This document shows, in pieces, positions 32,864 through 41,968 of a stretch of 64,000 bases of DNA. A program made the translations under genes and the position numbers. The stretch is taken from contig JAHJME010000035.1 in NCBI GenBank assembly GCA_018821435.1, forward strand, positions 9,514 through 73,513, read 5' to 3'. The stretch is from Alphaproteobacteria bacterium. Its GTDB lineage: Bacteria > Pseudomonadota > Alphaproteobacteria > Caulobacterales > Caulobacteraceae. The notes under the pieces were generated by a model that ran no database searches, was not told the origin of the DNA, and worked only from the letters and a program-made list of their open reading frames with translations. Each line of letters begins with the position of its first letter. Position 1 is the stretch's first letter.

Positions 32864-34512
32864 TGACCGATCCCCTGCGCGCACATTGGGGACGGCTGAT
32901 CGGCGCCACGCTGGTGGTGATCGCGGGCGCGTTCGTGCTGCCGCACGTCGTCCCCGTCCCGACCCTGCTGGAGAACCGCCGCCTGGCCGAGGCGCCGGCC
33001 TTGCCCGCCGACCTGAGCGGGCTCACCGCCTACCGCAGGGCGACCGACGCCTATGTGGCCGACCATTTCCCGCCCCGCACCCACCTGATCGGCGCGCTGA
33101 ACACCCTGCGCCTGTGGCTCGGCGTCAGCGGGTCGTCCCGGGTGATCGTCGGCCACGACAGCTGGCTGTTCAGCGACAACGGCTCACATCTCAGCGCGGC
33201 GCGCGGCGACCCGGCGATGTCCAACGCCGAGGCCCGCGCATGGCTGGGCGGCCTGGCCAGCCGGACCGAGGCGCTCAAGGCCGAAGGCCGCACCTATGTC
33301 GTCCTGGTGGCCCCGGTGAAGGAGACGGTCTACCCCGGCGCCGCGCCCGACTGGTTCGCGCTGGATTTCAACCGCCGCGCCGCGATGCTGAACCGCCTGG
33401 CCGCGGCCTCCGGCGCCGGCGACCTGATCTATCCGCAGGAAGCTCTGGCTCAGCAGGCCCGGTGGGGCCTGCGCGTCTACGACCGCTATGACAGCCACTG
33501 GAGCGGCCTGGGCGCCTATCAGGCCTATGTGGCCCTCATGCGCCGGCTGGAGCGGCAGGGCGTGACCGAAGGTCCGCGGCCGCTGGAAAGCTTCGCCGAA
33601 CGCACCGACATGCCCGACAGCGCCAAGGCCCACGACCTGGCGCTAATGCTGGGCGCGGGCAGCTTCGTGAAGGTGCGGTTCCCCGAGTTCACCGACCCGG
33701 CGGCGGTGGAGCGACTGCGCATCGCCTACCTGGACCCCGCCCGGCGCGACTGGACGGGACTGCGGGTGATCGACACCGGCCAGACGGGCAAGCCGGTCCT
33801 GCTGATCACGGTGGATTCGTTTTCCAATGCGCTACTGCCGTTCCTTTACGGCCACTTCAGCCGCATCGTGACGGCCCACAACGACCAGGGGGTCTGGCGC
33901 CGCGACCTGATCGACCGGTTCCAGCCGGACGTGGTGGCCATCGAGACGCTGGAGAACGGCGCGGCGCTGATCATGGGCGACACGGCGGCGCCATCGGCCG
34001 ACGCCCGGGCCCGGATCGCCCGGGCCGTGGCCCGCCGACGGGCCTATGCGGTGGTTCCACCCCACGACGTGTACGGCGGGGAGCGCCGGATGGTCGAGGG
34101 CGGCGAGGGCGACGACAAGCTCAAGGGCTCGCGCCGGGCGGACGACATCCAGGGGCGGCCCGGGAACGACAGCATCTCCGGGCTGGGCGGCGACGATATC
34201 CTGCGGGGCGGCCGCGGCCGCGACACCCTGGATGGCGGGCCCGGAAACGACTGGCTGTCCGGCGGGCGCGACGCCGACATCCTGCGGGGTGGGCCGGGCG
34301 CCGACGTCTTCAACAGCTTCGAAGAGGCGGGCGTCGATCAGGTCATGGACTTCAACGCCGCCGACGGCGACCGCGTCGAGATCGCGGCGGGCGCGGCCTA
34401 CACGGTGCGCCAAGTGGGGCCGGACGTGGTGGTCACGCTGCGGGACGCCAGCCTGATCCTGCGCGGCGTCGCGCTGATCGACCTGCCGAACGGCTGGATC
34501 CGAAACAAATAG
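32863..34512 (+). CDS. AlgJ/AlgX-like SGNH O-acetyltransferase with N-terminal TM anchor, fused to C-terminal RTX (hemolysin-type Ca-binding) repeats
   Basis: ATG overlaps the MBOAT stop (TGATG). [26 protein letters not shown] (DxH) and VDSFS (Ser) motifs, then seven GGxGxD-type nonapeptides at 34099-34314. Confidence 0.85.
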   Translation: MTDPLRAHWGRLIGATLVVIAGAFVLPHVVPVPTLLENRRLAEAPALPADLSGLTAYRRATDAYVADHFPPRTHLIGALNTLRLWLGVSGSSRVIVGHDSWLFSDNGSHLSAARGDPAMSNAEARAWLGGLASRTEALKAEGRTYVVLVAPVKETVYPGAAPDWFALDFNRRAAMLNRLAAASGAGDLIYPQEALAQQARWGLRVYDRYDSHWSGLGAYQAYVALMRRLERQGVTEGPRPLESFAERTDMPDSAKAHDLALMLGAGSFVKVRFPEFTDPAAVERLRIAYLDPARRDWTGLRVIDTGQTGKPVLLITVDSFSNALLPFLYGHFSRIVTAHNDQGVWRRDLIDRFQPDVVAIETLENGAALIMGDTAAPSADARARIARAVARRRAYAVVPPHDVYGGERRMVEGGEGDDKLKGSRRADDIQGRPGNDSISGLGGDDILRGGRGRDTLDGGPGNDWLSGGRDADILRGGPGADVFNSFEEAGVDQVMDFNAADGDRVEIAAGAAYTVRQVGPDVVVTLRDASLILRGVALIDLPNGWIRNK

Positions 34513-34576
34513 GCCGGCTGGCGCTCGACGCCGCGACCCCCTATGTCGGCTGAGCTTCAAGCCAAGGAACACCCGC

Positions 34577-35524
34577 ATGTCTCTGAAGGTCGCTGTCCAG
34601 ATGGACCCTATCGAGGGGATCAACATCGAGGGCGACACCACCTTCCTGATGATGGAGACGGCCCAGGCGCGCGGCCATTCCCTGTTCGTCTACACCACCA
34701 ACACCCTGGCCATGGACGAGGGCCGGGTGTTCGCCACCGGCCGCGACGTGGCGGTCCAGCGGGTGAAGGGCGACCACGCCACCCTGAGCGAGCCGCGCCG
34801 GGTGGAGCTGACCGAGTTCGACGTCATCCTGCTGCGCCAGGATCCGCCGTTCGACATGCACTACATCGACACCACCTTCTTCCTAGAGGTCGTGCACCCG
34901 AAGACCCTGGTGGTGAACAATCCGGTCGAGGTGCGCAACGCGCCCGAGAAGCTGTTCGTCACCAAGTTCCCGGGCCTGCAGCCGCCCACCCTGATCACCT
35001 GGGACAAGGCCGAGATCCTGGATTTCCGCGCACGTCACGGCGACTTGGTGATGAAGCCGCTGAACGGCCGGGGCGGCTCGGGTGTCACCCGCCACCTCAA
35101 GGACGACCCCAACCTGGACACCCTGCTGGAGCTGCACGCCGAGCTGGGCCGCGAGCCGGTGATCGTGCAGAAGTTCCTGCCCTCGGTGACCAAGGGCGAC
35201 AAGCGCATCCTGCTGATCGACGGCGAGCCGGTGGGCGCCATCAACCGCGTGCCGGCCAAGGGCCAGATCCGGTCCAACCTCGCCGTGGGCGGCGAGGCTC
35301 AGCCGGTGGAGCTGACCGCCCGCGACCGCGAGATCTGCGCCGCCATCGGGCCGGAGCTGAAGGCGCGCGGCCTGATCTTCGTCGGCATCGACGTGATCGG
35401 CGAGTGGCTCACCGAGATCAACGTGACCTCGCCCACCGGCGCCGTGGCGCTGAAGCGTTTCACCGGAATCGACGCCACCGAGGTGATGTGGCAACGGATT
35501 GAGGCACTTCGGGCCCAGGCTTAG
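34577..35524 (+). CDS. gshB: Glutathione synthetase
   Basis: [45 protein letters not shown]. Confidence 0.96.
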   Translation: MSLKVAVQMDPIEGINIEGDTTFLMMETAQARGHSLFVYTTNTLAMDEGRVFATGRDVAVQRVKGDHATLSEPRRVELTEFDVILLRQDPPFDMHYIDTTFFLEVVHPKTLVVNNPVEVRNAPEKLFVTKFPGLQPPTLITWDKAEILDFRARHGDLVMKPLNGRGGSGVTRHLKDDPNLDTLLELHAELGREPVIVQKFLPSVTKGDKRILLIDGEPVGAINRVPAKGQIRSNLAVGGEAQPVELTARDREICAAIGPELKARGLIFVGIDVIGEWLTEINVTSPTGAVALKRFTGIDATEVMWQRIEALRAQA

Positions 35525-35658
35525 AGTGTCGCGCAAGAGACGTCCGGAAGTTACGGAAGTGTCTCACTTTCCCCCTAGGTTCATTTTTTGTTCTTGATCT
35601 GAGCTTGGCCTCGTGCTGGGTTGTGGATAACTTCGGCCGAACCACAAGGGGTTGAGCG

Positions 35659-37200
35659 ATGGCGGCGCGCGTGGTGACCCTGGCCTTCCGGGGCGTCGAG
35701 GCTGTGCGCGTCGATGTCCAGGTTCAGTTCACCAGCGGCGAGCAGAAATTCTTCCTGGTCGGCATGGGCGACAAGGCGGTGTCCGAGAGCCGGGAACGGG
35801 TGCGCGGCGCCTTCCAGGGCATGGGCTTGGCCCTGCCGTCGCGGCGGATCATCGCCAACCTGGCGCCCGCCGACCTGCCCAAGGAGGGCAGCCACTACGA
35901 CCTGCCCATCGCTCTGGCGATCATGGCCGGCATGGGCATCATTCCGCCTGACGCGCTTGAGGGTTGGGCCGCCGTGGGCGAGCTGGCCCTGGACGGGCGG
36001 ATCACGCCGGTGACCGGAGCGCTCCCCGCCGCCGTGGCCGCGGGCGGCCTGGGGTTGGGCCTGATCTGTCCCGAGGCCTGCGGACCCGAGGCCGCCTGGG
36101 CCGGCGACACCCGCGTGCTGGCGGCCCCGTCGCTGATCGCCCTGGTGAACCACTTCCGCGGGACTCAGATCCTGTCGCAGCCCAAGGCCGGCGACATGCT
36201 GGACGGCGAGCGCGTCCCCGACCTGCGCGACGTGAAGGGCCAGGAGAACGCCAAGCGGGCGCTGGAGATCGCCGCGGCCGGCGGCCACAACCTGTGCTTT
36301 GTCGGCCCGCCGGGCTCGGGCAAGTCGATGATGGCGGCGCGGCTGCCGGGCCTGCTGCCGCCCCTGACGCCGGGCGAGCTGCTCGAGACCTCGATGATCC
36401 ATTCGGTCGCCGGCCTGATCGCCAAGGGCCAGCTCAGCCGCGCCCGGCCGTTCCGCACGCCGCATCACTCCGCCAGCATGGCGGCGCTGACCGGCGGCGG
36501 GCTGAAGGCCAAGCCGGGCGAGGTCAGCCTGGCGCACAACGGCGTCCTGTTCCTGGACGAACTGCCGGAGTTCGGGGCCCAGGCTCTGGACAGCCTGCGC
36601 CAGCCCATCGAGACCGGCGAGGTGGTCGTGGCCCGGGCCAACGCCCACATCCGCTATCCCGCCCGCTTCCAGCTGGTGGCGGCGATGAACCCCTGCCGCT
36701 GCGGGCACGGCGGCGCCGGCCGGGGCGCCTGCGGGCGCGCGCCGCGCTGCCAGACCGACTACCAAAGCCGCATCTCGGGTCCGCTGATGGACCGCATCGA
36801 CCTGCAGGTCGAGGTGCCGCCGGTCACCGCCGCCGACATGGCCCTGCCCGCGCCGGCCGAGGGCACGGCCCAGGCTTCGGCCCGCGTGCTCACCGCCCGG
36901 GCGATGCAGGCCGAGCGGGCGGCGGGAACGGACGGCGCGCCGCTGAACGCCCTGGCGGAGGGCGACTTCCTGGAGACCATCGTCGATCTGGATCCGCCGG
37001 CTCGCGCGCTGCTGGCCAAGGCGGCGGAGCTGGGCGGCCTCTCGGCGCGCGGCTGGACCCGCACCCTGCGCCTGGCCCGCACCATCGCGGATCTGGAGGG
37101 TTCAGGCCCGGTGCGGCGCGTCCATGTGGCCGAGGCGCTGATCTATCGCCGCGTGGCGCCGGGGACGTCGTTGGGTTCGAGCGCGTCGATCTCAGCGTAG
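35659..37200 (+). CDS. comM: YifB/ComM Mg-chelatase-like AAA+ ATPase
   Basis: ESRERVR, NLAPADLPKEGSHYDLPIAL, GPPGSGKSM, PFRTPHHS, LAHNGVLFLDELPEF, RISGPLMDRIDL. Confidence 0.92.
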   Translation: MAARVVTLAFRGVEAVRVDVQVQFTSGEQKFFLVGMGDKAVSESRERVRGAFQGMGLALPSRRIIANLAPADLPKEGSHYDLPIALAIMAGMGIIPPDALEGWAAVGELALDGRITPVTGALPAAVAAGGLGLGLICPEACGPEAAWAGDTRVLAAPSLIALVNHFRGTQILSQPKAGDMLDGERVPDLRDVKGQENAKRALEIAAAGGHNLCFVGPPGSGKSMMAARLPGLLPPLTPGELLETSMIHSVAGLIAKGQLSRARPFRTPHHSASMAALTGGGLKAKPGEVSLAHNGVLFLDELPEFGAQALDSLRQPIETGEVVVARANAHIRYPARFQLVAAMNPCRCGHGGAGRGACGRAPRCQTDYQSRISGPLMDRIDLQVEVPPVTAADMALPAPAEGTAQASARVLTARAMQAERAAGTDGAPLNALAEGDFLETIVDLDPPARALLAKAAELGGLSARGWTRTLRLARTIADLEGSGPVRRVHVAEALIYRRVAPGTSLGSSASISA

Positions 37201-37616
37201 CGTTTCGGGGCGGTCAGCGAGCCGTATGCGATGGCGGCGATCACCATGTAGCTCCAGATGATGCCGGCGGTTTGATAGGCCCAACCGCTGACGCCCGCGT
37301 CTAGCGCGCGCGCAATGTGAGTGAGGACACCCAGTAGCTGAAAGCCGGCGGCGAAGAGTGGCCAGAAGCGTTCGCTACGCAGGGCAAGCACGACCAGGAT
37401 GCCCAGCAGACAGGCGTCGATTATCAGGACGGGCCATTGGATGTCTTCGCTATGCGAGCGGAACACCACAAGCGTAAGCGCCCAGGCGGCCAGGTAGACA
37501 CCGGCGGCCAGACGCTCCTGATCACGGCCCCGCCAGACGGCCAGCACGCAGGTGGCGATCACGGCCGAGGGCCAGACCCAAGGGGGTAGCTGATACAAAT
37601 CTGAGCCCTCGGTCAC
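37143..37616 (-). CDS. Hypothetical multi-pass membrane protein (start may be TTG 37598)
   Basis: About four to five hydrophobic segments, RFWPLFAAGFQLL motif. The 3' end overlaps comM convergently. Confidence 0.75.
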   Translation of the reverse strand: MTEGSDLYQLPPWVWPSAVIATCVLAVWRGRDQERLAAGVYLAAWALTLVVFRSHSEDIQWPVLIIDACLLGILVVLALRSERFWPLFAAGFQLLGVLTHIARALDAGVSGWAYQTAGIIWSYMVIAAIAYGSLTAPKRYAEIDALEPNDVPGATRR

Positions 37617-37700
37617 CCGAGAGCTCAGTCTGGCAGAGGCGCTCCGTAGTTGGAACCTCCAGCGACTCGCCGCGAAGACGAGCCGCCATCGTCGGGGCTT

Positions 37701-38063
37701 TTAGGATGCGATACGCAGGTTGCGCATGCGGACCCGCTCGGTCTCCATGCCCTGCGGCGGCGGCTTATCTCCACCTTCGCCGGCCATCTTCACCGCGCCC
37801 AGGCCGATCTGGCCCTGAACGACGCTGAGTTCCTTGTGGGTCTCGACGATGGCCCGGCGGGCTTCGGCGAGGGCCATGATGGCCTGGCTGGCGCGTTCGA
37901 CCGCATCCTGACCGATCAGCGCCGAGGCGCCGGCGGCCTTGCGAAGGTTGGGCATGACGCCCGCCAGCATCGCGGTTTTCGAGAGGGCCATGTCGATCGC
38001 GGATTCGGCTTCGAAGAGGGCGCCAGCGACTTGTTCGGCGGCCATACGGCGTTCTTTGAGCAT
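37701..38063 (-). CDS. Hypothetical alpha-helical protein, 120 aa
   Basis: GGAGAG RBS, Ala/Glu-rich helical pattern (MLKERRMAAEQVAGALFEAESAID...), Gly/Pro-rich tail. Confidence 0.8.
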   Translation of the reverse strand: MLKERRMAAEQVAGALFEAESAIDMALSKTAMLAGVMPNLRKAAGASALIGQDAVERASQAIMALAEARRAIVETHKELSVVQGQIGLGAVKMAGEGGDKPPPQGMETERVRMRNLRIAS

Positions 38064-38133
38064 GAGTTCTCTCCATGCGCGGCGTGGATCACGGCGCGCC
38101 GATAATTGTTTCAGAACAGGGTTTCTTGGCCGT

Positions 38134-38886
38134 TCAGGCCTTTAGTAAATTCGCCGCCAGATCGTTCAGATAGTGGAGCCCGGCCAACATCCCCCCGAAG
38201 GCGAGGGCGGTGACGAGGGCAATCCCCACGATCGCGCCGATCCTGAGCGCGGGGCTCAGGTCGTTTCTGCGGCTCCAAGCTCCGGCTCGCCCTTGAAGTT
38301 CTCGTCCAGGAGAACCCAGGTCAGGCAGAGGATTTCGCGGAGCACCATTTCCGGCGGCTTGAAGGGCGCCAGTTTCCGGGTAGCCGAAACCAGGTGCCGC
38401 GCCATGTCCGCCTGCGTCGACGTCGCCGCCAGATCGACGAGCTGCCGCTCGAGCTGCGTCCAGGAGAAGCCGGGAAGAAGTTCCTCCCGCTTCGCCAGAG
38501 CCGGCCAACGCGCTTCGAAGTCGTCGATCTCCCGGCGAAGGCGGAGCGCCCTCCCAATCACCGCTCTGTTCTCGAAGTTCGGTTGCTGACCCATCGGACG
38601 CCCCATCTGTTGCCGGCTCATCGAGCCAGTTCGGGGCGGGCCTGTCTGTCCTGATCGCGTCCTGTCCTGACGCGATCAGGACAGGTTTCACCTCGACGTC
38701 GCGCAGAATCTTCGCCGCCTTGAAGCGGTCGTCGACGCCCAGCTTGCGGCGGGCGCGGTCGCAGTAGGTGTCGACGGAGGTCTTCGACATGCCCAGTTCA
38801 CGGGCAATCTGCTTGGAGCTCAGATGCTGGTCCACGAGGCGCAAACAATCGCGCTCTCGTTGCGTCAAAAGCTCCACAGGGTTCAT
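38134..38886 (-). CDS. LuxR-type HTH regulator with long linker and C-terminal TM helix (start ATG 38886 or TTG 38898)
   Basis: LTQRERDCLRLV...SSKQIARELGMS..SVDTYCDRARRKLGV LuxR/GerE HTH; hydrophobic tail LRIGAIVGIALVTALAFGGMLAGL. Confidence 0.8.
   Translation of the reverse strand: MNPVELLTQRERDCLRLVDQHLSSKQIARELGMSKTSVDTYCDRARRKLGVDDRFKAAKILRDVEVKPVLIASGQDAIRTDRPAPNWLDEPATDGASDGSATELREQSGDWEGAPPSPGDRRLRSALAGSGEAGGTSSRLLLDAARAAARRSGGDVDAGGHGAAPGFGYPETGALQAAGNGAPRNPLPDLGSPGRELQGRAGAWSRRNDLSPALRIGAIVGIALVTALAFGGMLAGLHYLNDLAANLLKA
38256..38621 (-). CDS. Hypothetical protein nested within the LuxR gene (+1 frame); possible starts 38621, 38606 or 38594
   Basis: Protein-like composition. In 38281-38400, 33 of 39 codons end in G/C in this frame versus 15 of 40 in the LuxR frame. 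Confidence 0.75.
   Translation of the reverse strand: MSRQQMGRPMGQQPNFENRAVIGRALRLRREIDDFEARWPALAKREELLPGFSWTQLERQLVDLAATSTQADMARHLVSATRKLAPFKPPEMVLREILCLTWVLLDENFKGEPELGAAETT
38646..38684. repeat. Perfect 16-bp inverted repeat inside the LuxR CDS
   Basis: ctgtcctgatcgcgtc - 7 nt - gacgcgatcaggacag. Confidence 0.85.
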
Positions 38887-39049
38887 GACGCCCCCCAAAG
38901 CGCACTACGGACCACTCGCCCTAGTAAACGACGGGTTTCGCCCCGCGTCTACTTTACCGGCGGGAAAAGGCCGCTTCGCGTTGTTTTGTAGCAGCCGGCG
39001 GCCCGAGCTTGACCGACCGTTAAGTCGTTGGCCCTAAGCCTTCCGCGTC

Positions 39050-40591
39050 ATGCGCAGACCCTCTCGCCCCCTATCCGAGCGCCGGCCCAACCGCGCCCAG
39101 ATCAGCGCGGAACAGCTCGCCTCGCTCAGCCATGAATTCCGCACGCCCCTGAACGGCGTGCTGGGAATGGCCCGCCTTCTCGAAGGCACGAAGCTCACCG
39201 CCGAGCAGAAGTCCTATGTCGCGGCGCTCCACGACAGCGGCCAACACCTGTTGACCCTGGTCAACGACGTCCTCGACTACGCCAAGCTGGGCGCGGGTCG
39301 TGTCGAGCTGCATCCCGCGCCGATGGAGGTGGAGAGCCTGCTGCGCGGCGTGTCCGAGCTGCTGTCGCCCCGCGCGCGCGAAAAAGGCATCGAGATCGCC
39401 TGGGCGGCGCCCGCGACGCCGGCCGCGGTCCAGGCCGACGAGGGCCGCCTGCGCCAGATCCTGCTCAATTTCGCAGGCAACGCCGTGAAGTTCACCGAGA
39501 CGGGCGGCGTGCTTATCGCCGCCTCGGTCCCGAAGCCCGGCCGCCTGCGCCTGCGGGTCGAGGACACCGGCCCCGGGGTCTCCCAGTCCGACCGCGAACG
39601 GATCTTCGAGGAATTCGCCCAGGCCGAGGCCGCGCACGCCGACCTGGGCGGCGCGGGCCTGGGCCTGGCCATCGCGCGCCGGCTGGCGCACGCCATGGGC
39701 GGCGAGGTCGGTGTCGACACCGCGCCCGGCGGCGGCGCCTGTTTCTGGTTCGAGGCTTCCTTCCCGGCCGTCACGGCGGCGGTCCCCGCCCGCGCCCTCG
39801 AGGGCCGCATCATCGGCGTCGCCTCGCCCAACCCCATCGTCCGCGAGGCCGCCCGGCTGCAGATCGAGGCCTGTGGTGGCGAGATGGTCGCCACTTCCGC
39901 CCTGCCCGAGGCCATCGCCCGCACCAAGCCGGGCGACGTGATCCTGGTCGACGCCGCGCTGGCGACACCCAACGGCACGCTGCGCCCGCCGCTGCAACGC
40001 CACGCCATCGTGCTGCTGGCGCCGGACGAGCGCGACCGCATCGCCCGATACCGCCGCGCGGGCTTCGCCGGCTATCTGATCAAGCCGCTGCGCCGCGCCT
40101 CGCTGGCCGAGCGGGTGTTGATCGCCGCCGGCGCCGTCGCCGATCCCACCCAGCCGCTGCAGGTGGACGAACGCGCCACCAGCGCCGCCGCGCCCGGCGC
40201 ACGGATCCTGCTGGTCGAGGACAATCCGATCAACGCCCTGCTGGCCCGCGCCCTGCTGGCCCGCGAGGGCTGCGAGGTCGAGCACGCCATCGGCGGGACC
40301 GAGGCCCTGGCCGCCGTCGAGGTCGAGGCTTACGACCTGATCCTGATGGATATGCGAATGCCCGGCCTGAACGGCGAGCAGACCGCCCGCAAGATGCGCG
40401 AGAATGGCGTGAAGACCCCGATCGTGGCGCTCACCGCCAACGCCTTCGAGGACGACCGTCACGCCTGCCTGGCCGCCGGCATGGATGACTTCCTGGTCAA
40501 GCCGCTGTCGCCCGACGCGCTTCGCGCCGCCCTCACCCGCTGGACCGGGCCCGCCTTTACGAAGCCTGCGGCGCGCGCCAAGTTCGGCTGA
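39050..40591 (+). CDS. shkA: Cytoplasmic hybrid histidine kinase, ShkA-like (HisKA-HATPase-pseudoREC-REC)
   Basis: No sensor domain; SHEFRTPLNG at the N-terminus; degenerate REC1 with GYLIKPLRR; canonical REC2 (LLVEDN, LMDMRMP, ALTAN, VKP); 513 aa; next to comM/gshB as in Caulobacter. Confidence 0.8.
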   Translation: MRRPSRPLSERRPNRAQISAEQLASLSHEFRTPLNGVLGMARLLEGTKLTAEQKSYVAALHDSGQHLLTLVNDVLDYAKLGAGRVELHPAPMEVESLLRGVSELLSPRAREKGIEIAWAAPATPAAVQADEGRLRQILLNFAGNAVKFTETGGVLIAASVPKPGRLRLRVEDTGPGVSQSDRERIFEEFAQAEAAHADLGGAGLGLAIARRLAHAMGGEVGVDTAPGGGACFWFEASFPAVTAAVPARALEGRIIGVASPNPIVREAARLQIEACGGEMVATSALPEAIARTKPGDVILVDAALATPNGTLRPPLQRHAIVLLAPDERDRIARYRRAGFAGYLIKPLRRASLAERVLIAAGAVADPTQPLQVDERATSAAAPGARILLVEDNPINALLARALLAREGCEVEHAIGGTEALAAVEVEAYDLILMDMRMPGLNGEQTARKMRENGVKTPIVALTANAFEDDRHACLAAGMDDFLVKPLSPDALRAALTRWTGPAFTKPAARAKFG

Positions 40592-40621
40592 TCCCGAGGG
40601 GCTTGTCGCCCGGAGATCAGA

Positions 40622-41968
40622 ATGTCCGAAAAGCCCGCGGCCAAGCGCAAGCGCACCGCCATGGATGTGGTTCGCTCGCTGCGTCAGCCCAAGGTCGCGG
40701 TGATGCTGGCGCTGGGCTTCAGTTCGGGCCTGCCGTTCCTGCTGACCGCCGGCACGTTCGGCTACTGGCTGCGCGACGAAGGCACGACCCTCAAGGCCAT
40801 CGGCTTCATCTCCTGGGTCGGGATGGCCTATGTCCTGAAGCCCATCTGGGCGCCGATCGTCGATCGCGTGGACGTGCCGATCTTCGGGCGCCTCGGACGC
40901 CGGCGCGGCTGGATGCTGCTGTCGCAGCTGGTCGTCGCCTTCGGGCTGATCGCGATGGCCGTGTCAGGCCCCGCCGATCTCACCAAGATCGGCGCGTTCG
41001 CCCTGCTGGTCGCCCTGGCCTCCGCCACCCAGGACATCGTCGTGGACGCCTGGCGGATCGAGGCCTCGTCCGATCCCGAGGAGATCGGCCTCCTCGCCTC
41101 GGCCTACTCCATGGGCTACCGCGTCGCCATCATCGTCGCCGACGCGGCCATCATCGCCTATGCCGCGCATCTCGGCTGGCCCCAGTCCTATGTCGCGATG
41201 GCGGTGCTGATGGGGATCGGCGTGGCCGCCAGCTTCTTCGCCATGGAACCGGCGAAGGCCGACGCCGTGATGCAGGCGAAGGCGCCGCTGTGGACGCCGC
41301 GCGGCTTCTTCGACGCGGTGGTCGGCCCGTTCATCGACTTCTTCGCCACCCACAAGACGCTGGGCTTCCTGATGCTGGCGGCCATCGCGGCCTACCGGCT
41401 GCCCGACTACCTGATGGGGCCGATGTACAACCCCTACTACCACGATCTGGGCCTGACGAAGGACACGGTGGCGGTGGTTCGGGCCGCCACCGGCCTGCCC
41501 GGCGCCTTCATCGGCATCGCCGTCTCGGGGCTGTGCGCGGTGCGGTTCGGCCTCTTCCCGACCCTGATCGTCGGCTCGGTGTTGCAGGGCGTGGGCACGG
41601 CGGCCTTCGCCCTTCTGACCCTGTCGCACGACATACCGATCTTCACGGCGGTGATGGCGCTGGACAACTTCGCCCAGGCCTTCGCCGGCGTGGCCCTGGT
41701 GGCCTACATGTCCAGTCTCACCGGGCTGGGCTACACGGCCACCCAGTACGCCCTGCTGTCCTCGACCTATGCCTTCCTTGGCAAGTTCCTGAAGGGCTTC
41801 TCCGGCGCGGCGGTCGACGGCCTCGCCCAGACCCAGGGGCTGATGGGCGCCTACGCCACCTCCTGGATCGTCACCGGCCTGACGGCGATCCCGCCGATCC
41901 TGCTGTTCCTGCTGTTGGCCCGCTATCAGCGCCGCCGCGACGAGGCCGCGGCAACGGTCGCGGATTAG
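40622..41968 (+). CDS. ampG: AmpG-like muropeptide MFS transporter
   Basis: LGFSSGLPFLL, KPIWAPIVDR, GRRRGWMLLSQ, SATQDIVVDAWRIE, TATQYALLSS. Confidence 0.85.
   Translation: MSEKPAAKRKRTAMDVVRSLRQPKVAVMLALGFSSGLPFLLTAGTFGYWLRDEGTTLKAIGFISWVGMAYVLKPIWAPIVDRVDVPIFGRLGRRRGWMLLSQLVVAFGLIAMAVSGPADLTKIGAFALLVALASATQDIVVDAWRIEASSDPEEIGLLASAYSMGYRVAIIVADAAIIAYAAHLGWPQSYVAMAVLMGIGVAASFFAMEPAKADAVMQAKAPLWTPRGFFDAVVGPFIDFFATHKTLGFLMLAAIAAYRLPDYLMGPMYNPYYHDLGLTKDTVAVVRAATGLPGAFIGIAVSGLCAVRFGLFPTLIVGSVLQGVGTAAFALLTLSHDIPIFTAVMALDNFAQAFAGVALVAYMSSLTGLGYTATQYALLSSTYAFLGKFLKGFSGAAVDGLAQTQGLMGAYATSWIVTGLTAIPPILLFLLLARYQRRRDEAAATVAD

Noticed and set aside
38899-39049. Possible CtrA site (TTAA-N7-TTAA) upstream of shkA, and at dnaN (about 22340-22360)
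   Set aside because: Only half-sites or matches with two mismatches; not supportable.
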